Origin: the human T2T-CHM13v2.0 reference genome, Homo sapiens
Length of the DNA stretch: 64,000 nt
NCBI RefSeq assembly: GCF_009914755.1
Contig: NC_060930.1
Strand: one strand, 5' to 3'
A program made the translations under genes and the position numbers. The notes under the pieces are model-generated. The model was not told the origin of the DNA, made no database searches, and was given only the letters and a program-made list of their open reading frames with translations. Every line of letters starts with the position of its first letter. Position 1 is the first letter of the stretch. Positions 38,601 to 53,600 of this stretch are shown here, one piece after another.

Positions 38601-41600
38601 TTCTTCGGATGTGTGCATTCGACGCACAGAATGGAACATTCCCTTTGATAGAGCAGTTTTGAGACACCGTTTTTGTAGAATTCCCAAGTGGATATTTAGA
38701 GCACTTTGAAGTCTCTGCTAGAAAAGGAAACATCTTCATGTAAAAAGTAGATAGAATCGTTCTCAGAAAGTGCTTAGTGACGTGTGCGTTCAACTCACAG
38801 AGTTTAACGTTTCTTTTGATAGAGCGTTTCTGAAACACCCTTCTTGTAGTAGCTGCAAGTGGATATTTGGACCTATTGGAGGCCTTCTTTGGAAATGGGA
38901 TTTCTTCATGTAACTCTAGATTGAAGAGTTCTCAGAAACTCCTTTGTGATGTGTGCATTCAATTCAAAGAGTGAAACCTCCCTTTTCACAGAGCAGTTTT
39001 GAAACACTGTTTTTGTAGGATTTCCAAGGGGATATTTATAGCGCATTGAGCCTACGGCGGAAAAAGAAACATCTTCCTATAAAAACTAGACAGAATACTT
39101 CTCAGAATCTGCTTTGCGATGTGTGCGTTCAACTCACAGAGTAAAACTTTTCTTTTGATAGAGCAGTTTTGAAACACTCTTTTTGTAGTATTTGCATGTG
39201 TATATTTAGAGCGCATTGAAGCCCACAGTAGAAAAGGAAATAACTTCACCTAAAACCTAGACAGAAGCAATCTCAGAAACTACTTTGTGATGTGTACATT
39301 CAACTCACAGAGTGGAACTTTCCTCTTTATAGAGCAGTGTTGAAACACTCTTTTTGTAGAAACTGCAAGTGGATATTTGGACCTCTTTGAGGCCTTCGTT
39401 GGAAACGGGATTTCTTCCTATAACCCTAGACAGAAGAATTTTCAGAAACCTCATTGTGATGTGTGCGTTCATCTCACAGAGTGGAGTCTTCCGTTTGATA
39501 GAGAAGTTTTGAAACCCTGTTCTTGTAGGATTTCCAAGTGGATATTTAGACCACTTTGAAGCCTATGATAGAAAAGGAAACATCTTCATGGAAAACATAG
39601 ATAGAATCATCCTCAGAAACAACTTTGTGATGTGTGCGTTGAACTCACCGTCTTTAACCTTTCTTTTGGTAGAGAAGTTTTGAAACACTCTCTTTGTAAA
39701 GTCTACAAGTGGATATTTTGAGCCCTTGGAGGCATTCTTTGGAAAAGGGAATGTCTTCACATAAAAGGCAGACGGAAGTGTTCTCAGAAACTGCTTTGTG
39801 ATGTCTGTGTTCAACTCACAGAGTTTAACATTTCCTTTGATAGAGCGGTTTAGTAACCCTCTCTTTGTAGAATTTGGAAGTGTATACTAAGAGCGCTTTG
39901 AGGCCTATGGTAGAAAAGGAAATATCTTTCCATAAAAGCTAGACAGAAGCAATCTCAGAAACTCCTTTGCGATGTCTGCATTCAACTCACCGAGTGGAAC
40001 ATTCCTCTTGAGAGAGCAGTTTGGAAACACTCTTTCTGTAGAATCAGCTTGTTTGTATTTGGACCTCCTTGAGGCCTTCGTTGGAAACGGGTTTTCATCT
40101 TATAAACCCAGACAGAAGAATTCTCAGAGTCTTCTTTGTGATGTGTGCTTTCAACTCACCGAGATAAAGATTTCTCTTGATAGAGCAATTTGGAAACACT
40201 CTTTTTGTAGAATTTGCAAGGGTACATTGAGAGCGCTTTCAGGCCTATGGTAGAAAAGGGAATATCTTTCCATAAAAGGTAGACAGAAGCAATCTCAGAA
40301 ACTACTTTGTGATGTGTGCATTCAACTCACCGAGTGCAACGTTCCTCTTGACCGAGCAGTTTGGAAACATTGTTTCTGTAGAATCTGCAAGTGGATATTT
40401 GGACCTCTTTGAGGCCTTCGTTGGAAACGGGATTTCTTCCTATAAACCCAGACAGAAGAATTCTCAGAGACTTCTTTGTGATGTGTGAATTCAACTCACA
40501 GTGTGGATCCTTCCTTTTGATAGAGCAGTTTTGAAACCCTGTTTTTGTAGTATTTCCAAGCGGATATTTGGAACGCCTTGAAGCGTATGGTAGAAAAGGA
40601 AATATCTTCCCATAAAACCTAGACAGAACCAATCTCAGAAACGACTTTGTGATGTCTGCATTCAACTCACAGAGTTGAACATTTCTCTTGATAGAGCAGT
40701 TTTGAAACCCTCTTTCTGAAGGATCTGCAAGTGGATATTTGGAACTCCTTTGGGTCTTCGTTGGAAACGGGATTTCTTCGTATAAATCTAGACAGAAGAA
40801 TTCTCCGAAACTTCTTTGGTTGTGTGCATTCAAGTCACAGAGTGGAACCTTCCTTTGGATAGAGCAGTTTGAAACGCCGTGGTTGTAGTATTTCCAAGCG
40901 GATATTAGAGCGCCTTGAGGCCTATGGTAGAAAAGGAAATATCTTCCCATAAAACCTAGACGGAAGCAATCTCAGAAACTACTGTGTGATGGCTGCATTC
41001 CACACACACGGTGGAACATTTCTCTTGATAGAGCAGTTTTGAAACACTCTTTCTGTAGAATCTGCAAGTGGATAATTGGACCGCCTTGAGGCCTTCGTTG
41101 GAAACGGGATTTCTTCATGTTACTCTAGATAGAAGAATTCTCAAACACTGCTATGTGATGTTTGCATTCAAGTCACAGAGTGCAACATTCCTCTTGGTAG
41201 AGCAGTTGGGAAACACTCCTTTTGTAGAATCTGCAATGGGATATTTGGACTTCTTTGAGGCCTTCGTTGGAAACGGGATTTCTTCGTATGAATCTAGACA
41301 GAAGAATTCTCAGAAACTTCCTTGTGATGTGTGCATTCAACTCAGCGAGTGGCACCTTCCTTTGGATACAGCAGTTTTGAAACACTGTTTTTGTAGTATT
41401 TCCAAGCGGATATTTAGAGCGCCTTGAAGCCTATGCTAGAAATGGAAATATCTCCCCATAAAACCAAGACAGAAGCAATCTCAGAAACTAATGTGTGATG
41501 GCTGCATTCCACACACACGGTGGACCATTTCTCTTGATAGAGCAGTTTTGAAACACTCTTTCTGTAGAATCTGCAAGTGGATAATTGGACCTCCTAGAGG

Positions 41601-44600
41601 CCTTCGTTGGAAACGGGATTTCTTCATCTAAACCTACAGAGAAGAATTCTCAGTAACTTCTTCGGATGTGTGCATTCGACGCACAGAATGGAACATTCCC
41701 TTTGATAGAGCAGTTTTGAGACACCGTTTTTGTAGAATTCCCAAGTGGATATTTAGAGCACTTTGAAGTCTCTGCTAGAAAAGGAAACATCTTCATGTAA
41801 AAAGTAGATAGAATCGTTCTCAGAAAGTGCTTAGTGACGTGTGCGTTCAACTCACAGAGTTTAACGTTTCTTTTGATAGAGCGTTTCTGAAACACCCTTC
41901 TTGTAGTAGCTGCAAGTGGATATTTGGACCTATTGGAGGCCTTCTTTGGAAATGGGATTTCTTCATGTAACTCTAGATTGAAGAGTTCTCAGAAACTCCT
42001 TTGTGATGTGTGCATTCAATTCAAAGAGTGAAACCTCCCTTTTCACAGAGCAGTTTTGAAACACTGTTTTTGTAGGATTTCCAAGGGGATATTTATAGCG
42101 CATTGAGCCTACGGCGGAAAAAGAAACATCTTCCTATAAAAACTAGACAGAATACTTCTCAGAATCTGCTTTGCGATGTGTGCGTTCAACTCACAGAGTA
42201 AAACTTTTCTTTTGATAGAGCAGTTTTGAAACACTCTTTTTGTAGTATTTGCATGTGTATATTTAGAGCGCATTGAAGCCCACAGTAGAAAAGGAAATAA
42301 CTTCACCTAAAACCTAGACAGAAGCAATCTCAGAAACTACTTTGTGATGTGTACATTCAACTCACAGAGTGGAACTTTCCTCTTTATAGAGCAGTGTTGA
42401 AACACTCTTTTTGTAGAAACTGCAAGTGGATATTTGGACCTCTTTGAGGCCTTCGTTGGAAACGGGATTTCTTCCTATAACCCTAGACAGAAGAATTTTC
42501 AGAAACCTCATTGTGATGTGTGCGTTCATCTCACAGAGTGGAGTCTTCCGTTTGATAGAGAAGTTTTGAAACCCTGTTCTTGTAGGATTTCCAAGTGGAT
42601 ATTTAGACCACTTTGAAGCCTATGATAGAAAAGGAAACATCTTCATGGAAAACATAGATAGAATCATCCTCAGAAACAACTTTGTGATGTGTGCGTTGAA
42701 CTCACCGTCTTTAACCTTTCTTTTGGTAGAGAAGTTTTGAAACACTCTCTTTGTAAAGTCTACAAGTGGATATTTTGAGCCCTTGGAGGCATTCTTTGGA
42801 AAAGGGAATGTCTTCACATAAAAGGCAGACGGAAGTGTTCTCAGAAACTGCTTTGTGATGTCTGTGTTCAACTCACAGAGTTTAACATTTCCTTTGATAG
42901 AGCGGTTTAGTAACCCTCTCTTTGTAGAATTTGGAAGTGTATACTAAGAGCGCTTTGAGGCCTATGGTAGAAAAGGAAATATCTTTCCATAAAAGCTAGA
43001 CAGAAGCAATCTCAGAAACTCCTTTGCGATGTCTGCATTCAACTCACCGAGTGGAACATTCCTCTTGAGAGAGCAGTTTGGAAACACTCTTTCTGTAGAA
43101 TCAGCTTGTTTGTATTTGGACCTCCTTGAGGCCTTCGTTGGAAACGGGTTTTCATCTTATAAACCCAGACAGAAGAATTCTCAGAGTCTTCTTTGTGATG
43201 TGTGCTTTCAACTCACCGAGATAAAGATTTCTCTTGATAGAGCAATTTGGAAACACTCTTTTTGTAGAATTTGCAAGGGTACATTGAGAGCGCTTTCAGG
43301 CCTATGGTAGAAAAGGGAATATCTTTCCATAAAAGGTAGACAGAAGCAATCTCAGAAACTACTTTGTGATGTGTGCATTCAACTCACCGAGTGCAACGTT
43401 CCTCTTGACCGAGCAGTTTGGAAACATTGTTTCTGTAGAATCTGCAAGTGGATATTTGGACCTCTTTGAGGCCTTCGTTGGAAACGGGATTTCTTCCTAT
43501 AAACCCAGACAGAAGAATTCTCAGAGACTTCTTTGTGATGTGTGAATTCAACTCACAGTGTGGATCCTTCCTTTTGATAGAGCAGTTTTGAAACCCTGTT
43601 TTTGTAGTATTTCCAAGCGGATATTCGGAACGCCTTGAAGCGTATGGTAGAAAAGGAAATATCTTCCCATAAAACCTAGACAGAACCAATCTCAGAAACG
43701 ACTTTGTGATGTCTGCATTCAAGTCACAGAGTTGAACATTTCTCTTGATAGAGCAGTTTTGAAACCCTCTTTCTGAAGGATCTGCAAGTGGATATTTGGA
43801 ACTCCTTTGGGTCTTCGTTGGAAACGGGATTTCTTCGTATAAATCTAGACAGAAGAATTCTCCGAAACTTCTTTGGTTGTGTGCATTCAAGTCACAGAGT
43901 GGAACCTTCCTTTGGATAGAGCAGTTTGAAACGCCGTGGTTGTAGTATTTCCAAGCGGATATTAGAGCGCCTTGAGGCCTATGGTAGAAAAGGAAATATC
44001 TTCCCATAAAACCTAGACGGAAGCAATCTCAGAAACTACTGTGTGATGGCTGCATTCCACACACACGGTGGAACATTTCTCTTGATAGAGCAGTTTTGAA
44101 ACACTCTTTCTGTAGAATCTGCAAGTGGATAATTGGACCGCCTTGAGGCCTTCGTTGGAAACGGGATTTCTTCATGTTACTCTAGATAGAAGAATTCTCA
44201 AACACTGCTATGTGATGTTTGCATTCAAGTCACAGAGTGCAACATTCCTCTTGGTAGAGCAGTTGGGAAACACTCCTTTTGTAGAATCTGCAATGGGATA
44301 TTTGGACTTCTTTGAGGCCTTCGTTGGAAACGGGATTTCTTCGTATGAATCTAGACAGAAGAATTCTCAGAAACTTCCTTGTGATGTGTGCATTCAACTC
44401 AGCGAGTGGCACCTTCCTTTGGATACAGCAGTTTTGAAACACTGTTTTTGTAGTATTTCCAAGCGGATATTTAGAGCGCCTTGAAGCCTATGCTAGAAAT
44501 GGAAATATCTCCCCATAAAACCAAGACAGAAGCAATCTCAGAAACTAATGTGTGATGGCTGCATTCCACACACACGGTGGACCATTTCTCTTGATAGAGC

Positions 44601-47600
44601 AGTTTTGAAACACTCTTTCTGTAGAATCTGCAAGTGGATAATTGGACCTCCTAGAGGCCTTCGTTGGAAACGGGATTTCTTCATCTAAACCTACAGAGAA
44701 GAATTCTCAGTAACTTCTTCGGATGTGTGCATTCGACGCACAGAATGGAACATTCCCTTTGATAGAGCAGTTTTGAGACACCGTTTTTGTAGAATTCCCA
44801 AGTGGATATTTAGAGCACTTTGAAGTCTCTGCTAGAAAAGGAAACATCTTCATGTAAAAAGTAGATAGAATCGTTCTCAGAAAGTGCTTAGTGACGTGTG
44901 CGTTCAACTCACAGAGTTTAACGTTTCTTTTGATAGAGCGTTTCTGAAACACCCTTCTTGTAGTAGCTGCAAGTGGATATTTGGACCTATTGGAGGCCTT
45001 CTTTGGAAATGGGATTTCTTCATGTAACTCTAGATTGAAGAGTTCTCAGAAACTCCTTTGTGATGTGTGCATTCAATTCAAAGAGTGAAACCTCCCTTTT
45101 CACAGAGCAGTTTTGAAACACTGTTTTTGTAGGATTTCCAAGGGGATATTTATAGCGCATTGAGCCTACGGCGGAAAAAGAAACATCTTCCTATAAAAAC
45201 TAGACAGAATACTTCTCAGAATCTGCTTTGCGATGTGTGCGTTCAACTCACAGAGTAAAACTTTTCTTTTGATAGAGCAGTTTTGAAACACTCTTTTTGT
45301 AGTATTTGCATGTGTATATTTAGAGCGCATTGAAGCCCACAGTAGAAAAGGAAATAACTTCACCTAAAACCTAGACAGAAGCAATCTCAGAAACTACTTT
45401 GTGATGTGTACATTCAACTCACAGAGTGGAACTTTCCTCTTTATAGAGCAGTGTTGAAACACTCTTTTTGTAGAAACTGCAAGTGGATATTTGGACCTCT
45501 TTGAGGCCTTCGTTGGAAACGGGATTTCTTCCTATAACCCTAGACAGAAGAATTTTCAGAAACCTCATTGTGATGTGTGCGTTCATCTCACAGAGTGGAG
45601 TCTTCCGTTTGATAGAGAAGTTTTGAAACCCTGTTCTTGTAGGATTTCCAAGTGGATATTTAGACCACTTTGAAGCCTATGATAGAAAAGGAAACATCTT
45701 CATGGAAAACATAGATAGAATCATCCTCAGAAACAACTTTGTGATGTGTGCGTTGAACTCACCGTCTTTAACCTTTCTTTTGGTAGAGAAGTTTTGAAAC
45801 ACTCTCTTTGTAAAGTCTACAAGTGGATATTTTGAGCCCTTGGAGGCATTCTTTGGAAAAGGGAATGTCTTCACATAAAAGGCAGACGGAAGTGTTCTCA
45901 GAAACTGCTTTGTGATGTCTGTGTTCAACTCACAGAGTTTAACATTTCCTTTGATAGAGCGGTTTAGTAACCCTCTCTTTGTAGAATTTGGAAGTGTATA
46001 CTAAGAGCGCTTTGAGGCCTATGGTAGAAAAGGAAATATCTTTCCATAAAAGCTAGACAGAAGCAATCTCAGAAACTCCTTTGCGATGTCTGCATTCAAC
46101 TCACCGAGTGGAACATTCCTCTTGAGAGAGCAGTTTGGAAACACTCTTTCTGTAGAATCAGCTTGTTTGTATTTGGACCTCCTTGAGGCCTTCGTTGGAA
46201 ACGGGTTTTCATCTTATAAACCCAGACAGAAGAATTCTCAGAGTCTTCTTTGTGATGTGTGCTTTCAACTCACCGAGATAAAGATTTCTCTTGATAGAGC
46301 AATTTGGAAACACTCTTTTTGTAGAATTTGCAAGGGTACATTGAGAGCGCTTTCAGGCCTATGGTAGAAAAGGGAATATCTTTCCATAAAAGGTAGACAG
46401 AAGCAATCTCAGAAACTACTTTGTGATGTGTGCATTCAACTCACCGAGTGCAACGTTCCTCTTGACCGAGCAGTTTGGAAACATTGTTTCTGTAGAATCT
46501 GCAAGTGGATATTTGGACCTCTTTGAGGCCTTCGTTGGAAACGGGATTTCTTCCTATAAACCCAGACAGAAGAATTCTCAGAGACTTCTTTGTGATGTGT
46601 GAATTCAACTCACAGTGTGGATCCTTCCTTTTGATAGAGCAGTTTTGAAACCCTGTTTTTGTAGTATTTCCAAGCGGATATTTGGAACGCCTTGAAGCGT
46701 ATGGTAGAAAAGGAAATATCTTCCCATAAAACCTAGACAGAACCAATCTCAGAAACGACTTTGTGATGTCTGCATTCAAGTCACAGAGTTGAACATTTCT
46801 CTTGATAGAGCAGTTTTGAAACCCTCTTTCTGAAGGATCTGCAAGTGGATATTTGGAACTCCTTTGGGTCTTCGTTGGAAACGGGATTTCTTCGTATAAA
46901 TCTAGACAGAAGAATTCTCCGAAACTTCTTTGGTTGTGTGCATTCAAGTCACAGAGTGGAACCTTCCTTTGGATAGAGCAGTTTGAAACGCCGTGGTTGT
47001 AGTATTTCCAAGCGGATATTAGAGCGCCTTGAGGCCTATGGTAGAAAAGGAAATATCTTCCCATAAAACCTAGACGGAAGCAATCTCAGAAACTACTGTG
47101 TGATGGCTGCATTCCACACACACGGTGGAACATTTCTCTTGATAGAGCAGTTTTGAAACACTCTTTCTGTAGAATCTGCAAGTGGATAATTGGACCGCCT
47201 TGAGGCCTTCGTTGGAAACGGGATTTCTTCATGTTACTCTAGATAGAAGAATTCTCAAACACTGCTATGTGATGTTTGCATTCAAGTCACAGAGTGCAAC
47301 ATTCCTCTTGGTAGAGCAGTTGGGAAACACTCCTTTTGTAGAATCTGCAATGGGATATTTGGACTTCTTTGAGGCCTTCGTTGGAAACGGGATTTCTTCG
47401 TATGAATCTAGACAGAAGAATTCTCAGAAACTTCCTTGTGATGTGTGCATTCAACTCAGCGAGTGGCACCTTCCTTTGGATACAGCAGTTTTGAAACACT
47501 GTTTTTGTAGTATTTCCAAGCGGATATTTAGAGCGCCTTGAAGCCTATGCTAGAAATGGAAATATCTCCCCATAAAACCAAGACAGAAGCAATCTCAGAA

Positions 47601-50600
47601 ACTAATGTGTGATGGCTGCATTCCACACACACGGTGGACCATTTCTCTTGATAGAGCAGTTTTGAAACACTCTTTCTGTAGAATCTGCAAGTGGATAATT
47701 GGACCTCCTAGAGGCCTTCGTTGGAAACGGGATTTCTTCATCTAAACCTACAGAGAAGAATTCTCAGTAACTTCTTCGGATGTGTGCATTCGACGCACAG
47801 AATGGAACATTCCCTTTGATAGAGCAGTTTTGAGACACCGTTTTTGTAGAATTCCCAAGTGGATATTTAGAGCACTTTGAAGTCTCTGCTAGAAAAGGAA
47901 ACATCTTCATGTAAAAAGTAGATAGAATCGTTCTCAGAAAGTGCTTAGTGACGTGTGCGTTCAACTCACAGAGTTTAACGTTTCTTTTGATAGAGCGTTT
48001 CTGAAACACCCTTCTTGTAGTAGCTGCAAGTGGATATTTGGACCTATTGGAGGCCTTCTTTGGAAATGGGATTTCTTCATGTAACTCTAGATTGAAGAGT
48101 TCTCAGAAACTCCTTTGTGATGTGTGCATTCAATTCAAAGAGTGAAACCTCCCTTTTCACAGAGCAGTTTTGAAACACTGTTTTTGTAGGATTTCCAAGG
48201 GGATATTTATAGCGCATTGAGCCTACGGCGGAAAAAGAAACATCTTCCTATAAAAACTAGACAGAATACTTCTCAGAATCTGCTTTGCGATGTGTGCGTT
48301 CAACTCACAGAGTAAAACTTTTCTTTTGATAGAGCAGTTTTGAAACACTCTTTTTGTAGTATTTGCATGTGTATATTTAGAGCGCATTGAAGCCCACAGT
48401 AGAAAAGGAAATAACTTCACCTAAAACCTAGACAGAAGCAATCTCAGAAACTACTTTGTGATGTGTACATTCAACTCACAGAGTGGAACTTTCCTCTTTA
48501 TAGAGCAGTGTTGAAACACTCTTTTTGTAGAAACTGCAAGTGGATATTTGGACCTCTTTGAGGCCTTCGTTGGAAACGGGATTTCTTCCTATAACCCTAG
48601 ACAGAAGAATTTTCAGAAACCTCATTGTGATGTGTGCGTTCATCTCACAGAGTGGAGTCTTCCGTTTGATAGAGAAGTTTTGAAACCCTGTTCTTGTAGG
48701 ATTTCCAAGTGGATATTTAGACCACTTTGAAGCCTATGATAGAAAAGGAAACATCTTCATGGAAAACATAGATAGAATCATCCTCAGAAACAACTTTGTG
48801 ATGTGTGCGTTGAACTCACCGTCTTTAACCTTTCTTTTGGTAGAGAAGTTTTGAAACACTCTCTTTGTAAAGTCTACAAGTGGATATTTTGAGCCCTTGG
48901 AGGCATTCTTTGGAAAAGGGAATGTCTTCACATAAAAGGCAGACGGAAGTGTTCTCAGAAACTGCTTTGTGATGTCTGTGTTCAACTCACAGAGTTTAAC
49001 ATTTCCTTTGATAGAGCGGTTTAGTAACCCTCTCTTTGTAGAATTTGGAAGTGTATACTAAGAGCGCTTTGAGGCCTATGGTAGAAAAGGAAATATCTTT
49101 CCATAAAAGCTAGACAGAAGCAATCTCAGAAACTCCTTTGCGATGTCTGCATTCAACTCACCGAGTGGAACATTCCTCTTGAGAGAGCAGTTTGGAAACA
49201 CTCTTTCTGTAGAATCAGCTTGTTTGTATTTGGACCTCCTTGAGGCCTTCGTTGGAAACGGGTTTTCATCTTATAAACCCAGACAGAAGAATTCTCAGAG
49301 TCTTCTTTGTGATGTGTGCTTTCAACTCACCGAGATAAAGATTTCTCTTGATAGAGCAATTTGGAAACACTCTTTTTGTAGAATTTGCAAGGGTACATTG
49401 AGAGCGCTTTCAGGCCTATGGTAGAAAAGGGAATATCTTTCCATAAAAGGTAGACAGAAGCAATCTCAGAAACTACTTTGTGATGTGTGCATTCAACTCA
49501 CCGAGTGCAACGTTCCTCTTGACCGAGCAGTTTGGAAACATTGTTTCTGTAGAATCTGCAAGTGGATATTTGGACCTCTTTGAGGCCTTCGTTGGAAACG
49601 GGATTTCTTCCTATAAACCCAGACAGAAGAATTCTCAGAGACTTCTTTGTGATGTGTGAATTCAACTCACAGTGTGGATCCTTCCTTTTGATAGAGCAGT
49701 TTTGAAACCCTGTTTTTGTAGTATTTCCAAGCGGATATTTGGAACGCCTTGAAGCGTATGGTAGAAAAGGAAATATCTTCCCATAAAACCTAGACAGAAC
49801 CAATCTCAGAAACGACTTTGTGATGTCTGCATTCAAGTCACAGAGTTGAACATTTCTCTTGATAGAGCAGTTTTGAAACCCTCTTTCTGAAGGATCTGCA
49901 AGTGGATATTTGGAACTCCTTTGGGTCTTCGTTGGAAACGGGATTTCTTCGTATAAATCTAGACAGAAGAATTCTCCGAAACTTCTTTGGTTGTGTGCAT
50001 TCAAGTCACAGAGTGGAACCTTCCTTTGGATAGAGCAGTTTGAAACGCCGTGGTTGTAGTATTTCCAAGCGGATATTAGAGCGCCTTGAGGCCTATGGTA
50101 GAAAAGGAAATATCTTCCCATAAAACCTAGACGGAAGCAATCTCAGAAACTACTGTGTGATGGCTGCATTCCACACACACGGTGGAACATTTCTCTTGAT
50201 AGAGCAGTTTTGAAACACTCTTTCTGTAGAATCTGCAAGTGGATAATTGGACCGCCTTGAGGCCTTCGTTGGAAACGGGATTTCTTCATGTTACTCTAGA
50301 TAGAAGAATTCTCAAACACTGCTATGTGATGTTTGCATTCAAGTCACAGAGTGCAACATTCCTCTTGGTAGAGCAGTTGGGAAACACTCCTTTTGTAGAA
50401 TCTGCAATGGGATATTTGGACTTCTTTGAGGCCTTCGTTGGAAACGGGATTTCTTCGTATGAATCTAGACAGAAGAATTCTCAGAAACTTCCTTGTGATG
50501 TGTGCATTCAACTCAGCGAGTGGCACCTTCCTTTGGATACAGCAGTTTTGAAACACTGTTTTTGTAGTATTTCCAAGCGGATATTTAGAGCGCCTTGAAG

Positions 50601-53600
50601 CCTATGCTAGAAATGGAAATATCTCCCCATAAAACCAAGACAGAAGCAATCTCAGAAACTAATGTGTGATGGCTGCATTCCACACACACGGTGGACCATT
50701 TCTCTTGATAGAGCAGTTTTGAAACACTCTTTCTGTAGAATCTGCAAGTGGATAATTGGACCTCCTAGAGGCCTTCGTTGGAAACGGGATTTCTTCATCT
50801 AAACCTACAGAGAAGAATTCTCAGTAACTTCTTCGGATGTGTGCATTCGACGCACAGAATGGAACATTCCCTTTGATAGAGCAGTTTTGAGACACCGTTT
50901 TTGTAGAATTCCCAAGTGGATATTTAGAGCACTTTGAAGTCTCTGCTAGAAAAGGAAACATCTTCATGTAAAAAGTAGATAGAATCGTTCTCAGAAAGTG
51001 CTTAGTGACGTGTGCGTTCAACTCACAGAGTTTAACGTTTCTTTTGATAGAGCGTTTCTGAAACACCCTTCTTGTAGTAGCTGCAAGTGGATATTTGGAC
51101 CTATTGGAGGCCTTCTTTGGAAACGGGATTTCTTCATGTAACTCTAGATTGAAGAGTTCTCAGAAACTCCTTTGTGATGTGTGCATTCAATTCAAAGAGT
51201 GAAACCTCCCTTTTCACAGAGCAGTTTTGAAACACTGTTTTTGTAGGATTTCCAAGGGGATATTTATAGCGCATTGAGCCTACGGCGGAAAAAGAAACAT
51301 CTTCCTATAAAAACTAGACAGAATACTTCTCAGAATCTGCTTTGCGATGTGTGCGTTCAACTCACAGAGTAAAACTTTTCTTTTGATAGAGCAGTTTTGA
51401 AACACTCTTTTTGTAGTATTTGCATGTGTATATTTAGAGCGCATTGAAGCCCACAGTAGAAAAGGAAATAACTTCACCTAAAACCTAGACAGAAGCAATC
51501 TCAGAAACTACTTTGTGATGTGTACATTCAACTCACAGAGTGGAACTTTCCTCTTTATAGAGCAGTGTTGAAACACTCTTTTTGTAGAAACTGCAAGTGG
51601 ATATTTGGACCTCTTTGAGGCCTTCGTTGGAAACGGGATTTCTTCCTATAACCCTAGACAGAAGAATTTTCAGAAACCTCATTGTGATGTGTGCGTTCAT
51701 CTCACAGAGTGGAGTCTTCCGTTTGATAGAGAAGTTTTGAAACCCTGTTCTTGTAGGATTTCCAAGTGGATATTTAGACCACTTTGAAGCCTATGATAGA
51801 AAAGGAAACATCTTCATGGAAAACATAGATAGAATCATCCTCAGAAACAACTTTGTGATGTGTGCGTTGAACTCACCGTCTTTAACCTTTCTTTTGGTAG
51901 AGAAGTTTTGAAACACTCTCTTTGTAAAGTCTACAAGTGGATATTTTGAGCCCTTGGAGGCATTCTTTGGAAAAGGGAATGTCTTCACATAAAAGGCAGA
52001 CGGAAGTGTTCTCAGAAACTGCTTTGTGATGTCTGTGTTCAACTCACAGAGTTTAACATTTCCTTTGATAGAGCGGTTTAGTAACCCTCTCTTTGTAGAA
52101 TTTGGAAGTGTATACTAAGAGCGCTTTGAGGCCTATGGTAGAAAAGGAAATATCTTTCCATAAAAGCTAGACAGAAGCAATCTCAGAAACTCCTCTGCGA
52201 TGTCTGCATTCAACTCACCGAGTGGAACATTCCTCTTGAGAGAGCAGTTTGGAAACACTCTTTCTGTAGAATCAGCTTGTTTGTATTTGGACCTCCTTGA
52301 GGCCTTCGTTGGAAACGGGTTTTCATCTTATAAACCCAGACAGAAGAATTCTCAGAGTCTTCTTTGTGATGTGTGCTTTCAACTCACCGAGATAAAGATT
52401 TCTCTTGATAGAGCAATTTGGAAACACTCTTTTTGTAGAATTTGCAAGGGTACATTGAGAGCGCTTTCAGGCCTATGGTAGAAAAGGGAATATCTTTCCA
52501 TAAAAGGTAGACAGAAGCAATCTCAGAAACTACTTTGTGATGTGTGCATTCAACTCACCGAGTGCAACGTTCCTCTTGACCGAGCAGTTTGGAAACATTG
52601 TTTCTGTAGAATCTGCAAGTGGATATTTGGACCTCTTTGAGGCCTTCGTTGGAAACGGGATTTCTTCCTATAAACCCAGACAGAAGAATTCTCAGAGACT
52701 TCTTTGTGATGTGTGAATTCAACTCACAGTGTGGATCCTTCCTTTTGATAGAGCAGTTTTGAAACCCTGTTTTTGTAGTATTTCCAAGCGGATATTTGGA
52801 ACGCCTTGAAGCGTATGGTAGAAAAGGAAATATCTTCCCATAAAACCTAGACAGAACCAATCTCAGAAACGACTTTGTGATGTCTGCATTCAACTCACAG
52901 AGTTGAACATTTCTCTTGATAGAGCAGTTTTGAAACCCTCTTTCTGAAGGATCTGCAAGTGGATATTTGGAACTCCTTTGGGTCTTCGTTGGAAACGGGA
53001 TTTCTTCGTATAAATCTAGACAGAAGAATTCTCCGAAACTTCTTTGGTTGTGTGCATTCAAGTCACAGAGTGGAACCTTCCTTTGGATAGAGCAGTTTGA
53101 AACGCCGTGGTTGTAGTATTTCCAAGCGGATATTAGAGCGCCTTGAGGCCTATGGTAGAAAAGGAAATATCTTCCCATAAAACCTAGACGGAAGCAATCT
53201 CAGAAACTACTGTGTGATGGCTGCATTCCACACACACGGTGGAACATTTCTCTTGATAGAGCAGTTTTGAAACACTCTTTCTGTAGAATCTGCAAGTGGA
53301 TAATTGGACCGCCTTGAGGCCTTCGTTGGAAACGGGATTTCTTCATGTTACTCTAGATAGAAGAATTCTCAAACACTGCTATGTGATGTTTGCATTCAAG
53401 TCACAGAGTGCAACATTCCTCTTGGTAGAGCAGTTGGGAAACACTCCTTTTGTAGAATCTGCAATGGGATATTTGGACTTCTTTGAGGCCTTCGTTGGAA
53501 ACGGGATTTCTTCGTATGAATCTAGACAGAAGAATTCTCAGAAACTTCCTTGTGATGTGTGCATTCAACTCAGCGAGTGGCACCTTCCTTTGGATACAGC

